DNA of 64,000 nt from NCBI GenBank assembly GCA_014804695.1, contig JAAUZJ010000007.1, positions 53,545-117,544 on the forward strand, written 5' to 3'. The DNA comes from Lachnospiraceae bacterium. Its GTDB lineage: Bacteria; Bacillota; Clostridia; Lachnospirales; Lachnospiraceae. Below are positions 1-11,900 of the stretch, one piece after another. The notes beneath the pieces were generated by a model. The model made no database searches, was not told where the DNA came from, and worked only from the letters and a program-made list of their open reading frames with translations. Within the stretch, counting starts at the first letter, position 1. Every line of letters begins with the position of its first letter. A program made the translations under genes and the position numbers.

Positions 1-671
1 GCGATTCTAAGGACCGCATGATTGCTACAACAAACAAGCCTAAACTTACGTTAGGCGAGGTGGCAAGGCTTAAAGTAGCGCAGAATGTAAGAATCGGCGT
101 GTTTTTAGACTGGGGGTTGGAAAAAGATTTATTGCTGCCGTTTAGGGAGCAGACTAAGAAATTGCGGGAGGGCGAGGAATGCCTTGTCGCGCTTTATATA
201 GACAAAAGCGACAGACTGTGTGCCACAATGAAAGTTTATCCGTATTTGAGGCAGGATCCGGCTTATAATAAGGATGACAGGGTAAGCGGATATGTTTACG
301 AGATCAGTGATAATTTTGGAGCATTTGTTGCGGTTGATGATATTTATTCCGGACTCATCCCAAAGAAAGAATTGTATGGAAATATTAATGTGGGAGACCG
401 TATTAGCGCAAGAGTAACAGAGGTCAAGGAAGACGGTAAGCTGAGCCTTAGCGTTCGTGAGAAGGCTTATTTACAAATTAATCAGGATGCCGAGAAAATT
501 TTGCGGATAATAGATAGTTATGATGGCGTGCTTCCTTTTTCCGATAAGGCGTCTCCGGAGACGATAAAAAGAGAGACACAGATGAGTAAGAATGAGTTTA
601 AGAGGGCGGTAGGTCATCTTTTGAAGGAGAGAAAGATTTCTATCGGGGAAAAATCAATTCGCAGAATATAG
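1..671 (+). CDS. S1 RNA-binding domain protein, CvfB/YitL family (5' end outside window)
   Basis: The frame is open from nt 3 to the listed ATG at 18, with no upstream stop. It has S1/OB-like repeats (GEVARLKV..., GYVYEISDNFGAFVAVDD...GDRISARVTEVKEDGKLSLS) and a C-terminal winged-helix-like tail. Family members are about 280-300 aa, so the N-terminus is probably missing. Confidence 0.7.
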   Translation, partial: DSKDRMIATTNKPKLTLGEVARLKVAQNVRIGVFLDWGLEKDLLLPFREQTKKLREGEECLVALYIDKSDRLCATMKVYPYLRQDPAYNKDDRVSGYVYEISDNFGAFVAVDDIYSGLIPKKELYGNINVGDRISARVTEVKEDGKLSLSVREKAYLQINQDAEKILRIIDSYDGVLPFSDKASPETIKRETQMSKNEFKRAVGHLLKERKISIGEKSIRRI

Positions 672-694
672 AAGAAAGGGAAATACGGTATAGA

Positions 695-1648
695 ATGAAT
701 AGCAAAAAGGTTAATTGGCTTTTTTTAAGCATAATACTTGTTGAATTTGGCATTGTAGGGTTTATCATTGTTTTAAACGGATATTTCAGAGTGGGATTTA
801 CGCTTAGCATTGCGGAGAATTTGATTCTCAGCGAGATGATACTGTTTATGCCTGCGCTTATTTTTGTGCTGGCATCGTTAATAAAAGGAAGGGGAGCGCA
901 GGGCTTAAATGATATGCTCGGCTTTCATAAAATTAAAATCTCCTCTTTTTTTATGGTAATTCTTTTTACCTTGCTTATAATGCCGATGACAACTGCAATT
1001 AATGCAATTTCCATGATTTTTGTAGATAATGCTGTTACTGCGATCAGCGGCGATGTGCTGAGGATGCCATTTCCGATTATGTTATTATTGATGGGAGTTT
1101 ATGGGCCGTTTTGCGAGGAATTTGTTTTCCGCGGCGTTATATACAGAGGATATAAAAATTCAGGAGCGGTGTTCTGGTCTATATTCTGGTCGTCCCTGCT
1201 TTTTGGGCTGATGCATTTGAATTTTAATCAGGCAGCATATGCGATCGCAATCGGAATAATGTTTGCATTACTGGTAGAGGCAACAGGCAGTCTGTGGTCA
1301 TCTGCAATCGCGCATATGTTTTTTAACTCGGAACAGGTCTGTACGATGTATATTGTAAATCATTTTATGCCGGAAACTTATTTTGATAATAATGTGAATA
1401 ATACTTTGACAAACGATGCGCTGCTTGCGGTAATAGGTCCATATCTCATTATAGCGGTAGTGGCGACTTCTCTTGCGGTATGCGTGTTGGTGTGGCTTGC
1501 CAAGAATGAGGGCAGAGAGAATGTATTAAGAAATATATGGATTTTACGCAAAAGAAAAGGCACATACTTAGTAAGCGTGCCTCTTCTCGTTGCTATTGTA
1601 TTGTGTCTTGCTTATATGAGCCTGAACGTGATTCTTGGAATGATATGA
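695..1648 (+). CDS. CPBP family intramembrane glutamic endopeptidase (CAAX protease-like)
   Basis: Polytopic membrane protein carrying the CPBP motifs FCEEFVFRG (EExxxR), FGLMH and HMFFN. Confidence 0.85.
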   Translation: MNSKKVNWLFLSIILVEFGIVGFIIVLNGYFRVGFTLSIAENLILSEMILFMPALIFVLASLIKGRGAQGLNDMLGFHKIKISSFFMVILFTLLIMPMTTAINAISMIFVDNAVTAISGDVLRMPFPIMLLLMGVYGPFCEEFVFRGVIYRGYKNSGAVFWSIFWSSLLFGLMHLNFNQAAYAIAIGIMFALLVEATGSLWSSAIAHMFFNSEQVCTMYIVNHFMPETYFDNNVNNTLTNDALLAVIGPYLIIAVVATSLAVCVLVWLAKNEGRENVLRNIWILRKRKGTYLVSVPLLVAIVLCLAYMSLNVILGMI

Positions 1649-1834
1649 TTAAACGTACATATCAAAGTTAGAACCGACTGCCGGATTGACAGAACGCTCC
1701 ATTGCAGCAGAATCTATCATCTCTACAAGCTGATTTCCGGTGGCTGAAGCTGTGTCCAAAGATTTGCTGAGCATCGCTACGCCATAAGCGGAACTGGTAT
1801 TAATTGATGACATAGATAAATTTGCGATATCCAT
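1649..1834 (-). CDS. YjfB-family putative motility protein
   Basis: Small protein MDIANLSMSSINTSSAYGVAMLSKSLDTASATGNQLVEMI..., which fits the YjfB_motility pattern. I prefer the ATG at 1834 (RBS AAAGGTGG upstream) over the track's GTG at 1843. Confidence 0.7.
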   Translation of the reverse strand: MDIANLSMSSINTSSAYGVAMLSKSLDTASATGNQLVEMIDSAAMERSVNPAVGSNFDMYV

Positions 1835-1968
1835 ATGCCACACCCACCTTTCTGTTTGAATTATAATATATTGTTACCTTTATAATAACATATAGGGTGT
1901 TGATTTACAAGCGGTTAATATTCGGTTATTATTAAAATATATATTACATGAATTATGAGAAATGAGTT

Positions 1969-2634
1969 ATGAAAAATATTAATTTATTAGGAATGAAACT
2001 GCAGGACCGATATGTAAGAGAATCTCTTATGCTGACGGACCGTTTCATAAAAAAAGGCACAGCCCATATAATTTTATATCTGACAACGGCCGTGCTCTTA
2101 GAAGCCGCCAAGAATGAGGATGAAAAAGAGTGGATAGAGGCAGCCGATGTAACCTTGTGGGGAGATACCGAAATACTTGAAGCGGCGGAAATTACCGCAA
2201 AAGGGAGGTATTATGAAGTCAAGGAGAAAGAGTTTCTGAACACTTTTCTCCGTAGAATGGCCAAAATCCATAAATCGATTCTTGTGCTTTCGGATACGGA
2301 AGAACATGCACAGGAGTTAAAGGCAGAGCTTATTGAAATGCAAAACGGTATTACGATAGTAGGAACCATGACTATTCAGGATATCGTAGGAAGTCAGGAG
2401 AAAGTCATAAATGAAATAAATATTATAGCCCCTACGGTCATAATGGTAAGGATGCCGTTTCCAATGCAGCAGAAGTGGCTTATTAATAGCAGGAAGTACA
2501 TGAATGCCGGAATTTGGATCGGAATGCCTGAAGACTTTAGCTGCATCAGTAAGAAAGAAATGCCCGTTGAAAAGGTTGGTAAACGAATTCTGAACGTATT
2601 GTTTAGTAGAAAAGTTAATAAATATAAAAAATGA
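1969..2634 (+). CDS. Divergent WecB/TagA/CpsF-like glycosyltransferase
   Basis: The layout resembles TagA: N-terminal INLLGMKL..., central VLSDTEEHAQELKAEL..ITIVG, and C-terminal APTVIMVRMPFPMQQKWL...AGIWIGMPEDF (compare the family's GLGSPKQE-type segment). Similarity is weak. Confidence 0.45.
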   Translation: MKNINLLGMKLQDRYVRESLMLTDRFIKKGTAHIILYLTTAVLLEAAKNEDEKEWIEAADVTLWGDTEILEAAEITAKGRYYEVKEKEFLNTFLRRMAKIHKSILVLSDTEEHAQELKAELIEMQNGITIVGTMTIQDIVGSQEKVINEINIIAPTVIMVRMPFPMQQKWLINSRKYMNAGIWIGMPEDFSCISKKEMPVEKVGKRILNVLFSRKVNKYKK

Positions 2635-2662
2635 AGAGGCCGCTCCTCTTTATTTAGCATAA

Positions 2663-2700
2663 GGACAGCTCGCAATACGCGCTGTCCGTTGTTTATTTAT
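2663..2700 (+). terminator. Rho-independent terminator
   Basis: GGACAGC-N11-GCTGTCC stem followed by a T-rich tract. A weaker hairpin (AAGAGG/CCTCTT) lies just upstream. Confidence 0.6.
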
Positions 2701-2916
2701 GGAAATTGTCTAAGGCGTTTTTTTATCAAAAAATGTCAAAATAATCAAAAATACACAAAAAAATAATGATTTAAGGTAGATTTTATTGTTAAAATATATT
2801 AAAATATAAGACGAATGTGGTATTTTGCAGAATAAAGCTGTTAGAAATCTTGTACAAATGTTATAACAGTATTTATTGGGGAAAGTATTGAACTAGTGAC
2901 AAGGGGTGAAATTAGT

Positions 2917-4005
2917 ATGATTTCAAATCAGATTTTACAGAACACTATTGATGGATTAAAAGCAATTGCGCGTGTGGAGCTTTGCGTTATGGATATCGAC
3001 GGAAAGCCGGTGGCTATGACTTCAGATGAGATGGAGAAATGCGAGAAGCCCGCGGCAGATTTCGCGAAGTCGCCGGCAGATGCGCAGGAAATACAGGGCT
3101 ATCAGTATTTTAAAATATTTGACGAGCAGCAGCTTGAGTATATACTTATAGCACAGGGAATCGGTGAGGACATTTATATGATCGGAAAGATGTCCGTTTT
3201 CCAGATTCAAAATCTTTTGGTCGCATATAAAGAAAGGTTTGACAAGGATAATTTTATTAAAAATCTTTTATTGGATAATCTGCTGTTGGTAGATATATAC
3301 AGCCGTGCCAAGAAACTGCATATTCAGACGGACGATAGACGTATAGCAATGATCATCGAGACGGATAACGCCAAGGACAGCAATGTTTTAGAGCTTATGA
3401 GGTCTTATGTCGGAAGCAACAGCCATGATTTTGTTACGGCAGTAGATGAGAAAAATGTAATCATTGTTAAAAGTTTGTCAGACGCAGACGGAAGAAAAGA
3501 AATTGAGAAAGCCGCAGTAGGAATGACAACCTATTTGGAAAAAGAGCATTTGAAAAATGTAAGGATAGCATACGGCACCGTTGTAAGTGAAATTAAAGAA
3601 GTGAGCCGTTCTTATAAAGAAGCGAAGATGGCGCTTGACGTCGGCAAGATATTCTTTGCGGAGAGGAATGTAGTCGCTTACAGTGAGCTTGGTATCGGAA
3701 GGCTTATATACCAGCTGCCTATTCCGCTTTGTAAGATGTTTATTAAAGAAATTTTTGACGGCAAAAATCCGGATGAATTTGACGAAGAGACTTTAGTGAC
3801 CATTAACAAGTTCTTTGAAAACAGCCTGAACGTGTCAGAGACTTCCAGACAGCTTTTTATACATAGGAATACATTGGTATATCGTCTGGATAAACTTGAA
3901 AAAAGCACTGGTTTGGATCTTAGGGTTTTTGAAGACGCAATTACGTTTAAAATTGCACTTATGGTAGTTAAATATATGAAGTATATGGAACATTTTGATT
4001 ATTAA
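2917..4005 (+). CDS. PucR/CdaR-family transcriptional regulator
   Basis: C-terminal PucR-type HTH (NVSETSRQLFIHRNTLVYRLDKLEKSTGLDLR). I prefer the ATG at 2917 (AAGGGG RBS); the track's GTG at 2896 is an alternative. Confidence 0.8.
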   Translation: MISNQILQNTIDGLKAIARVELCVMDIDGKPVAMTSDEMEKCEKPAADFAKSPADAQEIQGYQYFKIFDEQQLEYILIAQGIGEDIYMIGKMSVFQIQNLLVAYKERFDKDNFIKNLLLDNLLLVDIYSRAKKLHIQTDDRRIAMIIETDNAKDSNVLELMRSYVGSNSHDFVTAVDEKNVIIVKSLSDADGRKEIEKAAVGMTTYLEKEHLKNVRIAYGTVVSEIKEVSRSYKEAKMALDVGKIFFAERNVVAYSELGIGRLIYQLPIPLCKMFIKEIFDGKNPDEFDEETLVTINKFFENSLNVSETSRQLFIHRNTLVYRLDKLEKSTGLDLRVFEDAITFKIALMVVKYMKYMEHFDY

Positions 4006-4059
4006 AATTATAAATATTAAATTTAAGCAACATAACTGCGAAAGGAGTAGGAATTATAA

Positions 4060-4800
4060 ATGGATGTGTCTGCAAATAGGAGAACTAAAAGGACCGCGTC
4101 AGACAATAAAGAAATTATTTCCTTAAACAATGTCAGTAAGGCATATTCAACGGGCGCACCGGCGCTTAAGGACGTTGATCTTCATATTAACAGAGGGGAA
4201 TTTGTTTTTATAGTAGGCGATAGCGGTTCCGGCAAATCTACCCTTATCAAGCTTTTGCTCAGAGAGTTGACAATAACCAGTGGTGATATCAATGTAATGG
4301 GTTATGACCTTGCCAGAATAAAACACCGGAAGATTCCTAAATTCAGGCGCAATATAGGAATTGTATTTCAGGACTTCAGACTGCTCAAGGATAGAAATGT
4401 GTATGAGAATGTAGCCTTTGCGCAGAGGATTGTACAAAAGTCCAATAAGGAAATCAGAAAGAATGTGCCTAGCATACTTGCGATTGTGGGACTTGCCGGT
4501 AAGTACAAGGCCAGACCCAGGCAGCTTTCCGGTGGTGAGCAGCAGAGAGTGGCGCTGGCAAGGGCGTTAGTTAATAATCCTACAATCCTTCTGGCGGATG
4601 AACCTACGGGTAACCTTGACCCTAAGAATTCATGGGAAATTATGAAACTCCTTGAACAGATTAACGAAAACGGAACTACGGTACTTGTCGTTACGCATAA
4701 CAGGGAAATCGTAAACGCTATGCAGAAGAGGGTAGTTACGCTTAAAAAAGGAGTTATAGTAAGCGATGAGGAAAAAGGAGGATATATAGATGAGGATTAG
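4060..4800 (+). CDS. ftsE: Cell-division ABC transporter ATP-binding protein FtsE
   Basis: Walker [10 protein letters not shown], signature LSGGEQQRV, Walker [13 protein letters not shown]. It overlaps ftsX. Confidence 0.95.
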   Translation: MDVSANRRTKRTASDNKEIISLNNVSKAYSTGAPALKDVDLHINRGEFVFIVGDSGSGKSTLIKLLLRELTITSGDINVMGYDLARIKHRKIPKFRRNIGIVFQDFRLLKDRNVYENVAFAQRIVQKSNKEIRKNVPSILAIVGLAGKYKARPRQLSGGEQQRVALARALVNNPTILLADEPTGNLDPKNSWEIMKLLEQINENGTTVLVVTHNREIVNAMQKRVVTLKKGVIVSDEEKGGYIDED

Positions 4801-5686
4801 CACGTTATTCTATACAATCCGTCAGGGCTTTCGTAATCTTTTTAGAAATAAATCGTTTACGCTTGCTTCCATTGCAACTATAAGTTCATGTTTATTTTTG
4901 TTTGGATTGTTCTATGCGGTTATTACTAATTTCCAACATATTGTAAGAAATGCCGAGCAGGTGCTTGGGGTAAGCGTGTTCTTTGATGAAGGGCTTGAGG
5001 ATTCCAGGATAGAGGAAATCGGTCAATTGATAGCTAAGAGGCCGGAGGTAGCAAGTATCCACTTTGTTTCGGCAGATGAAGCATGGGAGAGCTTTAAGAC
5101 GGATTATCTTCGTGAATATGCAGACGGTTTTACGGAAAATCCCATTCCGCAGTCCGCAAACTATCAGATTAATTTAAACGATGTTTCCATGCAGTCGGCT
5201 CTTGTAACTTACCTTAAATCCATATCCGGAGTCAGGGAGGTTAACTATTCTGAAATAGCCGCCACTACCTTGACCGGCATAAATGCTTTAATAGCTTATG
5301 TTTCGATTGGAATTATCGCTATTTTGCTTGCAGTTTCAATTTTCCTTATAAGTAATACTGTTACTATTGGTATTTCAGTAAGAAAAGAAGAAATTAATAT
5401 TATGAAATATATAGGCGCAACAGATTTCTTTGTCAGATCGCCGTTTGTAATTGAGGGTATGATCATAGGACTGATTGGTGCGGGTATTCCGCTTGTAATA
5501 ATCTATTTTTTGTATAATACGGTAATGGATTATATAGTAGAGAGATTTCCTGCGCTTATAAATTTCTTGAGTTTTCTGACGGTACAGGAGGTTTTCAATG
5601 TACTTACCCCGGTTTCACTTGGAATCGGAGTGGGAATAGGTTTCCTTGGAAGTATTGTTACGGTAAGAAAGCATCTTAGAGTGTAG
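4790..5686 (+). CDS. ftsX: Cell-division permease FtsX
   Basis: N-terminal TM helix, extracellular domain, three C-terminal TM helices, and the [12 protein letters not shown] motif typical of FtsX. Its start overlaps ftsE. Confidence 0.9.
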   Translation: MRISTLFYTIRQGFRNLFRNKSFTLASIATISSCLFLFGLFYAVITNFQHIVRNAEQVLGVSVFFDEGLEDSRIEEIGQLIAKRPEVASIHFVSADEAWESFKTDYLREYADGFTENPIPQSANYQINLNDVSMQSALVTYLKSISGVREVNYSEIAATTLTGINALIAYVSIGIIAILLAVSIFLISNTVTIGISVRKEEINIMKYIGATDFFVRSPFVIEGMIIGLIGAGIPLVIIYFLYNTVMDYIVERFPALINFLSFLTVQEVFNVLTPVSLGIGVGIGFLGSIVTVRKHLRV

Positions 5687-5723
5687 CATTTTGTAAATGG
5701 CTGGCGAAAGGCAGTGGGCTTAG

Positions 5724-6932
5724 ATGAAATATTTAAAGAAGGCATTATTAATATTAATATGTATCGCTATAGCGTTTGTTTTTCCTTCTAATATCGCTGC
5801 TGCGGATGATAATGACAGCATTAAGGAAAAAGAGGCTGAAATAGCAGCGGCAAGGAAAGAGGTTGAGAAGCTTAAGAGTGGCTTGAGCGATATAGAAGCA
5901 ATTAAGAAAGGCCTTGAGAAGTCCAAAAATGATCTTGTCACATATGTTACCAATCTGGATACGGAACTTAATAACATTCAGGAGAGAATTGTTGAATATA
6001 ATGAATTAATTGATAAAAAAACCCTGGAAATTGAAGTGACGACCGAAGAATTAAATGATGCTATTTTACAGCAGGAGGAACAGTATGCAGCTATGAAGAA
6101 GCGCATCCAGTTCATGTATGAGCAGGGTAATACGCTTTATATGAATCTGTTCTTTTCATCGGAAAGCGTTACCGATATGATGAATAAGGCTGACTACATT
6201 GAGGCGTTAGTTGCCTATGACGCCAATCAGCTGGATGAATATGTAAAGACTGCTGAGCTTATTGCAGTGTGCAAAGAAGAGCTTGAGGCACAGAAAGAAG
6301 TGCTTGAGGAAGCAAGGATTAATGTCAAAGAAGAAGAAAAAAATATAAATACTTTAATTGATGAGAAGGAAGCACAGCTTCTCTCCTTATCATCGGATAT
6401 TTCCACCAAAGAAGCTGCAATTAAGGAGTATGAAGATGAGATTGCTGCCCAGAATGCGGAAATAGCCGCATTGGAAAAGGCAGTTGCGGAAGAAAAGGCA
6501 AGACTTGCTGCGGCAAATGTTGCGGCAAGAACCTATGACGGTGGTATGTTTGCGTGGCCATGTCCTTCATATACAAGGATTTCGGACGAATATGGAAACC
6601 GTATGCATCCGACGCTTGGAGTTGAGAAATTTCACAATGGTCTTGATATGGCGGCGCCGTATGGTTCTTCAATTCTGGCGGCATATGATGGGGATGTTGT
6701 AGCTGCTGCGTACAGTTCTTCTATGGGCAATTACATAATGATAGACCATGGAGACGGATTGTATACAATATACATGCATGCCTCCGCGCTGCATGTATCT
6801 AGTGGTCAGACGGTTACTAAAGGGCAGAAAATTGCATCTGTAGGAAGTACCGGACGTTCAACCGGTAATCATTTGCATTTCGGCGTGCGTCTTAACGGGA
6901 GCTACGTGAGTCCATGGAATTATATAAGTTAA
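5724..6932 (+). CDS. Coiled-coil M23 peptidoglycan metalloendopeptidase (EnvC/PcsB-like FtsEX partner)
   Basis: Signal/anchor sequence, a long E/K-rich coiled coil, and a C-terminal M23 domain with HNGLD and NHLHF motifs. It sits directly after ftsEX. Confidence 0.9.
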   Translation: MKYLKKALLILICIAIAFVFPSNIAAADDNDSIKEKEAEIAAARKEVEKLKSGLSDIEAIKKGLEKSKNDLVTYVTNLDTELNNIQERIVEYNELIDKKTLEIEVTTEELNDAILQQEEQYAAMKKRIQFMYEQGNTLYMNLFFSSESVTDMMNKADYIEALVAYDANQLDEYVKTAELIAVCKEELEAQKEVLEEARINVKEEEKNINTLIDEKEAQLLSLSSDISTKEAAIKEYEDEIAAQNAEIAALEKAVAEEKARLAAANVAARTYDGGMFAWPCPSYTRISDEYGNRMHPTLGVEKFHNGLDMAAPYGSSILAAYDGDVVAAAYSSSMGNYIMIDHGDGLYTIYMHASALHVSSGQTVTKGQKIASVGSTGRSTGNHLHFGVRLNGSYVSPWNYIS

Positions 6933-6968
6933 AGCTTTATAAGTTGAAATAGATGTCAATGGAGATGA

Positions 6969-8303
6969 ATGATTTTGGATAATTATGGATATAGTAGTAA
7001 TAATAGTGAAATGAATCAGGGAGCTGAAAATAATTTGTATCCAGATAGCTCGAAACAGGAACAGCATCGGACTAAAGGAATGTTTCTTGTCGGTATGCTT
7101 ACCGGAATTGTAATCAGTGTACTTGTGGCAGGCAGTGTTTATGCCGGTGTCAAAGTCGCTGATATTTTGCATTTGAGAGGAAGTAAACAGACCAGTGCAG
7201 AGGGAGCATCCGCGCAGAGCGTAGTCAATGATGATTCGATTACTAAGTTAGAATCAATAGAGAAGGTTATTGACGAGTATTATTATAACGAAGAAGATAT
7301 TGATACTGATAGTATGATAGAAGGAATGTACGCCGGTATGGTTGATTCATTAGGCGATCCATATTCCGTATATTATACGCAGGAAGAATGGGAAGAATTG
7401 ATGCGGGATACGGAGGGCGTATATTACGGCATCGGTGCGTATGTGAGTATTGACAGCAAAACCGGCTGCGGTAAAATCAGCGGAGTTATAGAGAATACTC
7501 CTGCACAGGAAGCAGGATTAAGGGAGAATGACCTTATTTATCTGGTAGATGGTGAACCTGCCCAAGGGTTGGAATTATCAGAGATAGTCGCAATGATTAA
7601 GGGAGAAGAAGGAACAACCGTACATCTTACGATTTACAGAGAGGGCGAAGAGGACTATCTGGAAATGGATGTTGTCAGAAAGCAGATAGAATCCCCTACT
7701 GTCAAATATGAAATGAAGGACAATGGAATCGCTTATATTCAGATAACAGAGTTTGATGAGGTGACCTATGACCAGTTTGTGGAAGCACTGTCGGTTATAA
7801 AAGGAAACGAGGCCAAAGGCCTGATACTTGATCTGCGCAGTAATCCGGGTGGAAGCCTTTCCGTAGTAGTAGATATTGCAAGACAGATTCTTCCGGAGGG
7901 ACTTATAGTATATACCGAAGACCGCTCCGGCAAGCGGACAGAATATAGCTGTGACGGCGACAATGAATTAAAGATACCGTTAGTTGTATTGGTAAACGGT
8001 AATTCTGCCAGTGCATCTGAAATTCTCGCCGGCGCCGTTAAGGATTACGGTAAAGGAACGCTGATCGGAACCAAGACTTTTGGAAAAGGCATAGTACAGC
8101 GCGTCTTGCCGCTTACTGACGGAACCGCCCTTAAACTGACAGTCAGCGCATATTATACACCTAAGGGAAATAATATTCATAATATTGGAATTGAACCGGA
8201 TATTGAATGTGAGTTCGATGCAGATGCGTATTATGATGAGGGTGTGGATAATCAGTTGGAGCGTGCAGTGGAAGAAGTGAAGAGGATGATGACAAAGCAG
8301 TAA
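6969..8303 (+). CDS. S41 family C-terminal processing peptidase
   Basis: TM anchor, PDZ-like segment (GVIENTPAQEAGLRENDLI), catalytic Ser context GNSASASEI and Lys context GTKTFGKG. Confidence 0.9.
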   Translation: MILDNYGYSSNNSEMNQGAENNLYPDSSKQEQHRTKGMFLVGMLTGIVISVLVAGSVYAGVKVADILHLRGSKQTSAEGASAQSVVNDDSITKLESIEKVIDEYYYNEEDIDTDSMIEGMYAGMVDSLGDPYSVYYTQEEWEELMRDTEGVYYGIGAYVSIDSKTGCGKISGVIENTPAQEAGLRENDLIYLVDGEPAQGLELSEIVAMIKGEEGTTVHLTIYREGEEDYLEMDVVRKQIESPTVKYEMKDNGIAYIQITEFDEVTYDQFVEALSVIKGNEAKGLILDLRSNPGGSLSVVVDIARQILPEGLIVYTEDRSGKRTEYSCDGDNELKIPLVVLVNGNSASASEILAGAVKDYGKGTLIGTKTFGKGIVQRVLPLTDGTALKLTVSAYYTPKGNNIHNIGIEPDIECEFDADAYYDEGVDNQLERAVEEVKRMMTKQ

Positions 8304-8332
8304 AAATGAAATGTCGGCAATGCCACTCTATG

Positions 8333-8749
8333 CTAGCCTAACGTCAGCGCATCCTTCGCTTCTCTGATAACTGTGGTAAGTGATGCAAACTCGCTTTGGT
8401 ACTCCTTAAGTTCGTCCTCCGTCATCCCGGTAAAATCAATATCGGCAAGTTCGGTGATACGTTCTCCATATTGTTCCGCAACCTCTTTGGCAAGTTTTTT
8501 TCCGGAATCATAGGATTCGTCATCTTGTGCAAGTTCTTGCACTTGCTGGTAGAAATTAACTATATAGTCACGAAAATCAGCAGTTTGATCTGTCAATTCC
8601 TCAAGAGTGTATTCTTTCGGAGCGGGGCGTTGAACTGATTCGAATTGTTCGCTATCTTCTTTGAGTGAGGAATTGGAGACTGTATTAGCACCGCAGGCAC
8701 AGCAGACTGTACCTATCAATAGAAAAAGTAATACATATAAATATTTCAC
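8333..8749 (-). CDS. Hypothetical lipoprotein
   Basis: GTG at 8749 is preceded by AAGGAGG. The product starts VKYLYVLLFLLIGTVCCACG, a lipobox-like signal. The track's longer start at 8818 has no RBS. Confidence 0.6.
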   Translation of the reverse strand: MKYLYVLLFLLIGTVCCACGANTVSNSSLKEDSEQFESVQRPAPKEYTLEELTDQTADFRDYIVNFYQQVQELAQDDESYDSGKKLAKEVAEQYGERITELADIDFTGMTEDELKEYQSEFASLTTVIREAKDALTLG

Positions 8750-8969
8750 AATACCAATCCTCCTTATTTTTACTAAAAAATTTTCTAAAATAATATCAAA
8801 AAGATATCTTAATGTCAATTATATTATAAATAAATTGTAAAATTCTCTTGTAAAAAGTTTAAAAAAGTTTATAATATTTACTTACAATAGGTATTAATAT
8901 ATTGATCAGATTCTATATATTAATATCTGGAAACTGTATATTGTTTTTATTAATTTAGGAGGGAAAACA

Positions 8970-11900
8970 GTGAAGAAAAAAATTGTATCTATGATACTTT
9001 CGCTTTCATTGGTGATTTCAGGATTGCCATTGACAGTTGCAAATGCCGCAGAGCTGGGTGAAAACGAGCTTTTGCAAGAGGAAGAATCAAATCTTGATGA
9101 GGCAGACGAGGCTGCCGAAACAGACGAGGTTGCTGGAACGGATGAGGCTGCCGGGACAGACAACAATACTAATGATGAAACGGAAACTGCCGATGTAAAT
9201 CAGACAGTTACTTTTGACGAGAAGGTTAATGCTGTTGCTTTAGCAGCAGATTACAGTAATTTTAATGTAAATAGCGAAGGAAAAGTAGTCGGAAGTGACG
9301 GCGTTACATATGATGATATAGCATATCTGTCGGCGAATACTGTAGCAGCATTTGATACTGAAGCACAGGAAGAATATATTGATTTTTGTGATACTGCTGC
9401 AGAATGGTTAGCAGATGGAATAGAGAATATAGTTATTGCTGTAGATGAAGACGGACTTTTGAACTTCTCATATCAGATTCCGGGAATTATGCTTGCTGAA
9501 GCACAGGAAGAACTCGTAGAAGAAGCATTGGCATCTGAAACAGAGGAAAGTGCGGAAGCTGAAGATACATCTGAGGATAGTGCTGATGTTGACAGTACAG
9601 AAATTACAAATTCAGAAAATACCGATGCAGAAGAGAATGAAACAAATGAATCAGAAACAATAATTGATGAAACAACATCTGATGAGAGCTCAGAAACAGA
9701 ATCAGGTACAGAAGAAGTAACAGAAAATGAATCTGAAGAAGTTACAGTTGACGATTCAACAGAAGAAATCCCTAATGATGATTTGGAAAATGGCGACTTA
9801 GTAACAGATGACCAAACAGGGGATGACTTAACTGTAGAAGAGGCGGAAACTGATGACTCAGCTGCAGAAGAACCGTCAGAGGATGCACCTGCTGAACTCA
9901 AAGCAGAAAATATGGAATTAATCCCTGTTATAGAGAATGAACAGGTAGAACTTGCTGATGAGCTGAATTTAGATGTAATTGACTTAGGATATGGTATGAA
10001 TTATACCATCAATGCCACATTGCCAACAGAATCATATTTTAGCAAACAGTTAAACGCTAATGCATTAAAAGTATATAATGCAGCAAAGAAAAGTCTCACT
10101 ACAGGAAACACTAAATTTAATTTACCATCAAATGTATTTAATGCAAAAGGTAGTGGTAAGACTGCCATGAATAATGCAATAATGAGTGCTATATCAGCTG
10201 TAGAACTTACTTATCCAGAGAAAGTAGATTGGATGGCAACCGGAGGCACAACTAATGTAGAAAGTAAATATGATTTGTTATCCGGAAAAGTTTTATCAGG
10301 TACTGTTACAATTGAGAAGTCAAACTATTATTCAGTAGCGCTTGATGAACAGGCAAATGCAAAAGTTAACACATTAGTTGCAGCAGCACAGAAGTATGCT
10401 ATAGACAACTACTCTACACTACCGGCATATGGCGTAGTAGAATATTTTGATAAGTGGATCTGTGAGAATAATTATTATAATACACCCGGCGGTGTAAATA
10501 ATACCCAAGGGGTCGATGTATACTATTATTGTCATTCCGCATATGGTGCATTATTAAAAGGATATGCAGTATGTGAGAGCTACGCAAAGGCAATGTCGAG
10601 ACTTCTGGATGCTGTAGGAATTCCCAATATGTATGTCACTGGTGTTGCAACTGATGGTGCAACTTCCGGAGGACATGCATGGAATTATGTGCAGATGCCC
10701 GATTTAAACTGGTACTTATTGGATTCTACATGGAACAATCCGTCTGAAAGTGCATCTGATGCATCTAAGTCTTCAACGAAAAACTATTTGTTATCCGCAG
10801 GAGATCCGTATCATTTGCCGGACGGCAAAAAATATGCAGGACAGGCAAATGGTTTTAAATTCCCTGATCTGAGTACTACAAAATATCAGGCTATAAAAGA
10901 AGCAATAAAACTTAACGAAACAAATGTGGATTTAGCAGTAAAACAGAAGATTAAGCTTTCATGTGATAATAAAGAAATTAATAATACATATTCAACATGG
11001 ACCAGCAGCAATACAAGTGTTGCCAAAGTCGATAAAAAGGGTAATGTTACCGCAGTCGCACCGGGTACGGCAATTATTAGGCTGTCAACATTAGCTACAG
11101 CCGGAATTGAACTGAGTGCACAGTGTACGGTAAAAGTATATCAGGTAAAGAATATCCTTTCAGCCAGAACAGGAAAAGCAACTGATAATTTATCATTGGC
11201 TTTGCCTACCGCTACCGATAATAATTCAAAAACATTATCATTCATTGTTGATGTGGGGACACAATCGCCTTATACAGCACAACAGATGGTGGCAAATGCA
11301 CTTCCGATAAGCAGTGCTAAAAAAGCAGCAGCATTTAGCAATGTTAAAGCTAAATCATCTAAAGAGGATATCGCAGGTGTAACAGCAACATTGACAGGTA
11401 ATACGATTACGGCTGTAATTACTCCTAAGAAAGCCGGTTCGTCAGTTATCACTTTAGAATTTGGCGGTAAAAAAGCTACTGTTAAGGTAAACGTAGGCGA
11501 TATAATAACAGGCGATATGTTTGAAGTTGACTGGGCAAAAGCTGGCGTAGATACGACAAATTATTCCATTGCTTACACAGGAAAAGCAGTTGCACCAAAA
11601 GTTACTAAGAAGTCAACTGCAGATAAAGCTGTAAAGTTTAAAACCACCTATTTGAATAATAAAAATGCCGGTACAGCATCTGTTATCATATCAGGTACAG
11701 GAAAATACGGCGGAGAGGTTCAATATGATTTTACGATTAAGCCGTTGGCAATAGACAGCAGCCATATTGAATTTAAGCTTAATAAGGCATCAAATGTATA
11801 TAGTGCTGTAGGCAATCCCGCAAAAACCACAGTGAAATATGTTAATGACACCAAGAAGAAAACAGGATTAAAGGTAAATACAGATTACCAAATTGTATAT

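Noticed and set aside
1643-1654. Convergent CPBP and YjfB-like genes whose stop codons abut with zero intergenic bases and no terminator.
   Set aside because: This is real in the sequence but probably just compact gene packing. No structure or motif suggests anything more, and transcripts may terminate inside the opposing gene.
9473-9901. Long antisense or alternative-frame ORFs inside large genes, for example 9473-9901, 12795-13184, 15801-16202, 17528-18043, 20128-20692, 26006-26536, 32937-33443 and 49800-50444.
   Set aside because: All lie entirely within genes that have unambiguous family motifs on the other strand or frame. Their translations are Ser-, Leu- or Ile-rich low-complexity mirrors of acidic or repeat-rich coding sequence. 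None has an RBS.
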